40,256 nucleotides of DNA from a virus. Its lineage: Duplodnaviria > Caudoviricetes. Every line of letters begins with the position of its first letter. Within the stretch, counting starts at the first letter, position 1. The translations under genes and the position numbers were made by a program. The stretch covers positions 1 to 40,256 of the IMG/VR virus record IMGVR_UViG_3300024309_000102; one strand, written 5' to 3'. This document shows, piece by piece, positions 34,049 to 40,256 of the stretch. The notes beneath the pieces are model-generated. The model was not told the DNA's origin and did no database searches. It saw only the letters and a list, made by a program, of their open reading frames with translations.

Positions 34049-34069
34049 GCCGCCCGAGGGCGGCTTTTC
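34049..34069 (+). terminator. Intrinsic terminator after capsid genes
   Basis: GCCGCCC-GA-GGGCGGC-TTTTC. Confidence 0.75.
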
Positions 34070-34117
34070 CTTGTGGCCTCGCCCAGCGCGGGGCCATCTT
34101 CATTCTGAGATCTGGAC

Positions 34118-34516
34118 ATGGTGACGGTTGAACAAGCGCAGAAATACCTGGAAGGCCAGGGAATCGTCCTGCCGGATTTCGTGCTGGTCGCTCTGGTGGA
34201 GCAGGCCAACAGCATCCAGGCGTGCCTGGACGAGCACTACGCGCCGGCGACGGCGCTGCTGATCCAGCTCTATGTCCTGGCCTTGATGGGCCTGGGCCAG
34301 GGCGACCGGTACATCAGCAGCCAGACTGCGCCCAGCGGCGCGTCACGGTCGTTCCGGTACCAGGGCTTTGCCGACCGCTGGCGCGGCGCGCTGGCGCTGC
34401 TGCGCGGGCTGGATACCTTCGGCTGTGCCGACGGCATCATCCCGCCGGACCCGACCCAGACGGCGCATGCCGGCATCTGGGTGGCGAAGGGCGGCTGCAT
34501 GGGTGGTGACCGCTGA
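34118..34516 (+). CDS. Head-tail adaptor
   Basis: 132 aa; ISSQTAPSGASRSF; position. Confidence 0.65.
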   Translation: MVTVEQAQKYLEGQGIVLPDFVLVALVEQANSIQACLDEHYAPATALLIQLYVLALMGLGQGDRYISSQTAPSGASRSFRYQGFADRWRGALALLRGLDTFGCADGIIPPDPTQTAHAGIWVAKGGCMGGDR

Positions 34517-34854
34517 TGTCGGCGACCGCCAACTGGAGCTACACGAACGTCGCCACGGTGCGGCCGTTCCTGTCCTTGGATCAGTGGACCGGCCAGGCCG
34601 TCTACGGCGAACCCTATGAGATCGCCTGCACCTGGACGGCCGACAACAGCCAGGAGCGGATGGCCGGCGGCCAGGGAGGCTCCCAGGGAGCCGAGTTCAT
34701 CGCCAAGCACACCATCTTCACCGAAGACCGGCGCCCCAAGTATCTCGATCTGATCATGTTCGATGGGTCGGATGGCTGGGAAGAAATCCGCGCCGTGACG
34801 ACCTGGGATATGTCGCCGTTCGGCGAAGAGCCCGATTTCAAGCTGGTGACCTGA
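34516..34854 (+). CDS. Head closure protein
   Basis: 112 aa beta-rich; coupled; position. Confidence 0.6.
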   Translation: MSATANWSYTNVATVRPFLSLDQWTGQAVYGEPYEIACTWTADNSQERMAGGQGGSQGAEFIAKHTIFTEDRRPKYLDLIMFDGSDGWEEIRAVTTWDMSPFGEEPDFKLVT

Positions 34855-35123
34855 TGAATGCGAAAGACATTATCCAGGCCGCATATCAGCGGCTCGCCGA
34901 CGAACACGACGAGGATCCGCGCAGTCCGCTGATGCGTGGCCTGTCGGCGCTGCTGAGCGCCGACGTCGACGTGCCCACGGGAGAAATCGAGCTGACCGCG
35001 ACCGTGCAGCCCGGCGGGGTATTCGCCGTAGTAGATCAGCATGGCCGTCCGGTGAAGGGCGTCAAGTCCGTCGCGGTGTTCCGCGACCAGGCCGGCCAGC
35101 CCGTGTTGCAGGTGAACCTCTGA
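34854..35123 (+). CDS. Hypothetical protein
   Basis: 89 aa, TGATG coupling on both sides. Confidence 0.65.
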   Translation: MNAKDIIQAAYQRLADEHDEDPRSPLMRGLSALLSADVDVPTGEIELTATVQPGGVFAVVDQHGRPVKGVKSVAVFRDQAGQPVLQVNL

Positions 35124-35527
35124 TGCCGGCCAAGGGCATCGAGCGCGTGCGGCGCGGATACCGCGTGGCGGTGGCTGAAATCGCCGGCGGCACGACTGAG
35201 CAGGCCGTGTACGAGATCCTCAGCCAGGTCGGCGCCATGGCGAACCTGATGGCGCCCATGGACACCTCGACGCTGGTCAACAGCCAGTACGCGCCGCAGA
35301 TCGAGCAGCGGGACGGCAAGACCACGGGAAGCATCGGGTACACGGCCGAGTATGCCGCTGCCGTGCATGACGCGCCGGGCACGCTGCGCGGGATGCCGCG
35401 CGACCCGAACGATCCGAGCCGCGGCGACTTCTGGGATCCGAACGCGGAGCCGGGTTTTCTGACGAAGGGCGGCGATCAGGTCCAGCCCGCGGTACCGGCC
35501 ATTCTGAAACGCCACTACCAGGTCTGA
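35123..35527 (+). CDS. Neck/tail-completion protein (HK97 gp10-like)
   Basis: APMDTSTLVNS, GYTAEYAAAVHD, PGFL. Confidence 0.75.
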   Translation: MPAKGIERVRRGYRVAVAEIAGGTTEQAVYEILSQVGAMANLMAPMDTSTLVNSQYAPQIEQRDGKTTGSIGYTAEYAAAVHDAPGTLRGMPRDPNDPSRGDFWDPNAEPGFLTKGGDQVQPAVPAILKRHYQV

Positions 35528-35529
35528 CC

Positions 35530-35901
35530 ATGTTCGAACAGTTCAAGGACTGGGTGGCGCTGACCATCCCGTCATCTCTCTACACGTACAGCCGCGGCAT
35601 GTGGCAGGACAGCCCCGCCGCGGCCGAAGGCTGGTTCTGCGCACTCTTGCAGATGGGCGGTCCGGCGCCGGACGTCGATGACCGCCGCCCGCGCTACCGC
35701 GTGCTGCTCCTGGGCCCTCGCAATGGTCGCCAGCACGCGGGCGAGATCCAGGCCCATGCCGAGGCTCTCGTCCAGGCCGCTATGGGCGATGTCGTGCCCT
35801 GCGGCGCCGCTTCCGTGCGCGCTATCGGGGAGCCGGTAGGGCCCGGATACACCACCGAGAACCGCCCCTGGTACTCGGTTGATTTTCAAGTCCTTTTTTG
35901 A
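35530..35901 (+). CDS. Tail terminator protein
   Basis: 123 aa directly before the tail tube gene. Confidence 0.6.
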   Translation: MFEQFKDWVALTIPSSLYTYSRGMWQDSPAAAEGWFCALLQMGGPAPDVDDRRPRYRVLLLGPRNGRQHAGEIQAHAEALVQAAMGDVVPCGAASVRAIGEPVGPGYTTENRPWYSVDFQVLF

Positions 35902-35916
35902 ACAGGAGGCCATGCG

Positions 35917-36660
35917 ATGGCTTGCGAAAAACAGAAGTACGTCGGCCGGGACGTGGTCCTGGAGTATTTCATCGGCTGCGGCGACCAACTGCCGAACCCC
36001 GCCGACTGGAAGCGCCTGGGCTCCATGCGCACCAAGGAATTCACCCTCGAATGGGAAACCGCCGATGCTACGGCCGACGATTCCATCGGCGCGCTGCGCG
36101 AGAACCTGGCCACGTTCCAGTCCCTGAGCGTCTCGGGCGACGGCACCCTGAAGGCATCGGGCGGCGGTTCGGCGAATCTGATCGAGGTCACCAAGCACGT
36201 GGCGAATCCCGTGGCGACCAGCGGTCAGCCGGTGGCCTGGATCCGCCTGACGTTCCCCGACCTGACCTTCATGGCGTTCATGATCCTCACGAACATGAGC
36301 CGGTCGGCGCCGCATGACGATGTGGCGTCCTACTCGTTCGAGGCCCAGGCGACCGCCTCGGACTTTGGTCTCATCGTGGAAGACACGCCGGATCCGGATG
36401 CCCCGGAGGTGGCGACCGTCACGGTGAGCCCCGATACGGCGTCCATCGTGGTGGGCGGCACGCAGCAGCTCACTGTAGTGGTGGCGCCGTCCGGCGCGCC
36501 GCAGGGTGTGGTCTGGCAGTCCTCGGACACGAACGTCGCCACGGTGAGCCAGAACGGCCTGGTGACGGCGCTGGTCGCGGGGGAGGCCGATATCACGGTC
36601 ACCAGCACCGTCGACGGCACGAAGTCGGATATCGCCGCGATCACCGTCACGTCGGCGTAA
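35917..36660 (+). CDS. Major tail (tube) protein with C-terminal Ig-like domain
   Basis: Tube motif (DATADDS, ASYSFE) plus VTVSP..VGGTQQLT..WQSSD..VATVS..GLVTA Big_2 pattern. Confidence 0.88.
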   Translation: MACEKQKYVGRDVVLEYFIGCGDQLPNPADWKRLGSMRTKEFTLEWETADATADDSIGALRENLATFQSLSVSGDGTLKASGGGSANLIEVTKHVANPVATSGQPVAWIRLTFPDLTFMAFMILTNMSRSAPHDDVASYSFEAQATASDFGLIVEDTPDPDAPEVATVTVSPDTASIVVGGTQQLTVVVAPSGAPQGVVWQSSDTNVATVSQNGLVTALVAGEADITVTSTVDGTKSDIAAITVTSA

Positions 36661-37266
36661 ATGATCCTCACCGAGGTTGGGGAGGTCGGCGTGCACGCGG
36701 GCGAGGCGCTGTATGTGCTTCGCCCGTCGCTTTATGCGATGTCCCGCATCGGCTCGCCAGCGGAGATCGTCGCTGTCTACGCCGCGGTCATGGCCGACGC
36801 GCCGGCCATCATCGACGCGCTGGGCGTGGTGTACGCGTGCTGCGACGACGACCTGTCCGACATCTTCGGCCATGTCGAAGCCGCGGCGGACGGCGGCCGC
36901 CTGACCTACGTGCCAGGCCGCGCGCCCGTCGAGCACGTCGTGCACATCGCTCGCTGCCTGCTGAGGCATGGGGTCACCGGTGCGCTGCCGGAGCTCCCGC
37001 GGCGCCCGGATGACGAGCCGGAATACATCAAGGAATTCGACGCCCGCGCCCACGTCGCCCTGGCGATGGCCCACTTGGGCATGTCGGAGCGCGAGGCATG
37101 GAACACCACAATGACCGCGCTCGTCGGCGCGCTGCGCGCCAAGTTCCCCAGGCCGGAGAGCAATGCGCCTGGCGCGAGGGCGCCGACGAAGGAAGAGCAC
37201 GAGGCCACAATGGCCTGGTTCGACCGGGTCGAAGCGGCCCGGAATAAGAAACAAGGATCCCGCTGA
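36661..37266 (+). CDS. Tail assembly chaperone
   Basis: Between tube and tape measure; AHLGMSEREAW..TMT motif. Confidence 0.7.
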   Translation: MILTEVGEVGVHAGEALYVLRPSLYAMSRIGSPAEIVAVYAAVMADAPAIIDALGVVYACCDDDLSDIFGHVEAAADGGRLTYVPGRAPVEHVVHIARCLLRHGVTGALPELPRRPDDEPEYIKEFDARAHVALAMAHLGMSEREAWNTTMTALVGALRAKFPRPESNAPGARAPTKEEHEATMAWFDRVEAARNKKQGSR

Positions 37267-40256
37267 TGGCGACTGGTCTGAACGTCGGCACCATCTACTA
37301 CGAGGTCGAATCCGACACCTCCAAGCTGGTCAACAGCTCGGGCGAAGTCGATTCATCCCTCGATAGGATGAACCGCCAGTTTTCCCGCACGGACAAGGCG
37401 GCGAATTCGGCGCAGTTCCAGATGACGAAGACGGCGGCGGCCGTCAAGGGCCTAGGGCGCGAAAGCGACGCGGCCACGGCCGCCATGCGCGGCCTGAGCG
37501 GCGTGATCGCCGGCCTGGTGACGCTGCAGGGCGCCCGGGGCCTGATCGAGATGGCCGAGGCGTACAACGAAATGGCCGAGCGCGTGCGCATGGCCACGAG
37601 CAGCCAACAGGAATATGAGCTGGTCCAGCAACGCCTGCTGAACACCGCCAACAAGACCTACCGGTCGCTGGCCGAGGCGCAGGAAGTCTATATTCGCACC
37701 GCCGACACCCTGCGCTCGATGGGCTACACCACGGCGGAAGCCCTAGACATCACGGACAGCCTGAGCTATTCGTTCGTCAAGAACGCGACCAGCGTGGATC
37801 GGGCGAATTCGGCCATCGGGGCCTTCACGAAGGCCGCCAACAAGGGCAAGGTGGAGGCCGACGCCTGGGAATCGATCCTTGCCGCGGTGCCCTCGGTCAT
37901 CAACGATATCGCCACCGCCAGCGGCAAGACCGCGGCGGAAATCCGGCAGATGGGTGTGTCCGGCGAGATCTCTGCCAGGATGCTCAACGAGGGCCTGCGC
38001 CAGTCTCTGGAATCCAACCGCGCGGCGGCCGATGGCATGGCGACGACGCTGAAGGATGCCTTCACGGCGCTGCGCAACAACCTGTCGGCCTATGTGGGCG
38101 AGGCAAACCAGGCCAGCGGCGCGACCGGCGTGCTTTCTTCCGCCGTGCTGGCGCTGGGCAACAACCTCGACACCATCGTGAAACTGCTGATGGCGGCCGG
38201 GGCTGGCGCCCTGGCAAAGTACGTCGCGCAGCTCACGGCGTCGGCGCTGGCCCAGGCGAAGGCGGCGCTGGCGGCTCGCGCCCATGCCGCCGAAGAGCTC
38301 CGCGCCGCGCAGGCCCAGGAGCGGGCTGCCGCCGCCGCCGCCGGCCAGGCTGCGGCGAATCTGCGGCTGGGCGGATCCCACGCCGAAGCGGCGGCTGCCG
38401 CACGTGCGCATCGCGTCGCTACGGACGCGCTGAATGCGGCGCAGGCACGCTCGGCCGGCGTGGGCGCCACACTGCTGGGCATCCTTGGCGGGCCGGCCGG
38501 GATCGTGGCGTTGGTGGCGTCGGCGGCGGCCGGCTTTCTGCTCTTCGGCACGAATGTGGGCACCGCCCGCCGCAGCACGCTCGATCTCGGTGTTTCTCTG
38601 GACGAGCTGATCAAGAAGTTCCGGGAGTTGGGCGAGCTTCAGCGGGCGAAGGAGCTCAGCACACTCGGCGATCTGATGGCCGAGCAAACGCGCAAGGCCA
38701 GCATGGCGGTCAGCGAGTTCGCAGATGACCTGCAGCCCTCGCTCGAAAAGGGTGCCCGCGGGGCGGCGCAATTCCGGGCGCAGTTCCGCTCGGAGTTGCA
38801 GGGGCTGGTCAGCGACACCTCGCTGTCCGCTTCCGAACTGGAAGCTGCGGTAAGCGCGCTGATCGACCGCTGGGCCGAGCAGCACGGATGGACCGCGCAG
38901 ACGGTGTTGCAGTACAAGGCCGCCGCGGCCGAGATGGTCACGACCCAGGCGGCGGCCAACAATACCTCGCAGAAGATCGCTGCGCTACGTGTGGAGCAAG
39001 AGCGCCTGGCCGGCGCCACCAGCGCGGCCGCCGCGGCGCAGCGCGACCTGAACAGCGCCTTCGATGACGCGCAGACCGACGACTACCTCAAGAAACTGAA
39101 GGATCGAAAGGCCGCGATCGAGGACGGCAACAGCGCGGTCAAAGCGGCGGAGCGCTATATCAAGTCGCTCAACAATGTCTCCCCGGAGCGTATTGAGGCC
39201 ATTCGCGCCGAGGCGAAAGCCGTTGACGCGGCAACGGCTGCTCAGTCGCGGTACAAGGCCGGCGCATCCTCCTCCACCAAGGCTGCGAACGAGCAGAAGA
39301 CGGCCGAAGAACAGAACCAGAAGGCTATTGCGGGCCTGGCCGAACAACTGTACCTGGCAGGCCTCAATGGCGAGGCACTCGCCGTGGCCAAGGCCAAGGC
39401 GAGCCTGAACGCCTTCGCTACTCCCGAAGAAATTGCGAATCTGGAAGGATTGGCCCGTGCACTATATGAGGTGCAGCAGGCGCAATCCCAGCGACAGGTG
39501 TTTGGCGCCACTGCGGCTGATGCGAACCAGTACATCATGGGGAACGTGTCGCCGCTGTCCGGTGGAGCGTTCGACGATCAGGTCGCTCGCTATGAAGCCG
39601 AGGCGCAGGCCGAGGAAAAGCGGTACGCGGACCAGTTGGCGCGCCTGCAGAAGGCACGGGAACTTCAGATCGAGACCGGCAAGTCCTATGACCAGATCGA
39701 GGAAGATGCGGCGCGTCAGCACGCGGATCGGATGAACCAGATCGAGCAGGCCAAGTACCAGGTGATGCTGGGGTCGGCCGCTGATGGACTGGGAGCGATT
39801 GCAGATCTCATGCGGGAGTCGAAGGGGGAGCAGTCCGGCGCCTACAAGGCGATGTTTGCGGTGAGCAAGGCGTTTGCGATAGCGCAGGCCGCGCTCAACC
39901 TTGGCACAGCGATGGGCAATGCGTGGCAACTGCCGTGGCCAGCGAACATCGCGGCTGCGGCGACGGCCGCCGCCAGCATGGCTACCATCATCGCTGGAAT
40001 TCAATCGGTTTCCATGGCGAGCGGTCGGCAGTATGGCGGCCCGGTGGCACCCGGCCAGATGCACCGCATCAATGAGAATGGACAGCCCGAAATCCTGAAC
40101 ACCGCGAGCGGCCGCCAGTACCTGCTACCGAACACGCGCGGCGAGGTGGTCAGCAACAAGGATGCCTCGGGAGGCGGCCAAGCGCAGGCGCCACGTGTCA
40201 CGGTGATCGTCAACAACGCCCCGCCTGGGACGCAGGTGGAGCAGAACCGCGTAAGC
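37266..40256 (+). CDS. Tape measure protein (3' truncated by window end)
   Basis: ATG overlapping upstream stop; MATGLNVGTIYYEVESDT..; long Ala-rich helical frame running off the window. Confidence 0.9.
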   Translation, partial: MATGLNVGTIYYEVESDTSKLVNSSGEVDSSLDRMNRQFSRTDKAANSAQFQMTKTAAAVKGLGRESDAATAAMRGLSGVIAGLVTLQGARGLIEMAEAYNEMAERVRMATSSQQEYELVQQRLLNTANKTYRSLAEAQEVYIRTADTLRSMGYTTAEALDITDSLSYSFVKNATSVDRANSAIGAFTKAANKGKVEADAWESILAAVPSVINDIATASGKTAAEIRQMGVSGEISARMLNEGLRQSLESNRAAADGMATTLKDAFTALRNNLSAYVGEANQASGATGVLSSAVLALGNNLDTIVKLLMAAGAGALAKYVAQLTASALAQAKAALAARAHAAEELRAAQAQERAAAAAAGQAAANLRLGGSHAEAAAAARAHRVATDALNAAQARSAGVGATLLGILGGPAGIVALVASAAAGFLLFGTNVGTARRSTLDLGVSLDELIKKFRELGELQRAKELSTLGDLMAEQTRKASMAVSEFADDLQPSLEKGARGAAQFRAQFRSELQGLVSDTSLSASELEAAVSALIDRWAEQHGWTAQTVLQYKAAAAEMVTTQAAANNTSQKIAALRVEQERLAGATSAAAAAQRDLNSAFDDAQTDDYLKKLKDRKAAIEDGNSAVKAAERYIKSLNNVSPERIEAIRAEAKAVDAATAAQSRYKAGASSSTKAANEQKTAEEQNQKAIAGLAEQLYLAGLNGEALAVAKAKASLNAFATPEEIANLEGLARALYEVQQAQSQRQVFGATAADANQYIMGNVSPLSGGAFDDQVARYEAEAQAEEKRYADQLARLQKARELQIETGKSYDQIEEDAARQHADRMNQIEQAKYQVMLGSAADGLGAIADLMRESKGEQSGAYKAMFAVSKAFAIAQAALNLGTAMGNAWQLPWPANIAAAATAAASMATIIAGIQSVSMASGRQYGGPVAPGQMHRINENGQPEILNTASGRQYLLPNTRGEVVSNKDASGGGQAQAPRVTVIVNNAPPGTQVEQNRVS

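Larger units (their letters stand above)
1..40256. mobile_element. Lambdoid temperate prophage (partial; att site and distal tail/lysis genes lie outside the window)
   Basis: Canonical order int - early left operon - cI/cro - replication - nin/Q - terminase - portal - capsid - tail - tape measure. Confidence 0.97.

Noticed and set aside
36661-37266. Programmed -1 frameshift of the tail chaperone (lambda G/GT type)
   Set aside because: A single ORF runs directly to the tape-measure start; no second overlapping frame or clear slippery heptamer seen
1-40256. att site, tRNA, rRNA, IS elements, lysis genes, tail-fibre DGR target
   Set aside because: None recognisable in the window; integrase ends at base 1 and the distal tail region lies beyond the right edge, so a further VR there cannot be excluded

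Overview
The whole window is the left ~40 kb of a high-GC lambdoid temperate (sipho-type) prophage, probably from a Burkholderiales host such as Achromobacter/Bordetella (inferred from GC and gene style only). Order: integrase and AlpA-like gene; leftward early operon; accessory immunity region; cI/cro switch with 17-bp operators; replication (initiator with iterons, DnaB); nin/Q-like region; defence morons; terminase, portal, head and tail genes, ending inside the tape-measure gene. The main result is a complete diversity-generating retroelement (RT 5006-6091, template repeat 6111-6208, avd 6351-6737) inside the early operon. It diversifies FOUR small paralogous DUF1566/CLec-like genes that look cytoplasmic rather than tail-fibre-like. 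Each carries a 98-99 bp variable repeat differing from the TR almost only at adenines, followed 29-30 nt later by a GC hairpin. Other notable items: a stand-alone copy of the phage's own MuF head-protein C-terminal domain coupled to cI, a CapRel-like fused toxSAS, a putAbiC-like gene, a c4-like antisense RNA candidate, a nonsense codon removing the SSB acidic tip, and a +1 frameshift inside one VR. All family calls come from motif recognition by eye, not database searches.
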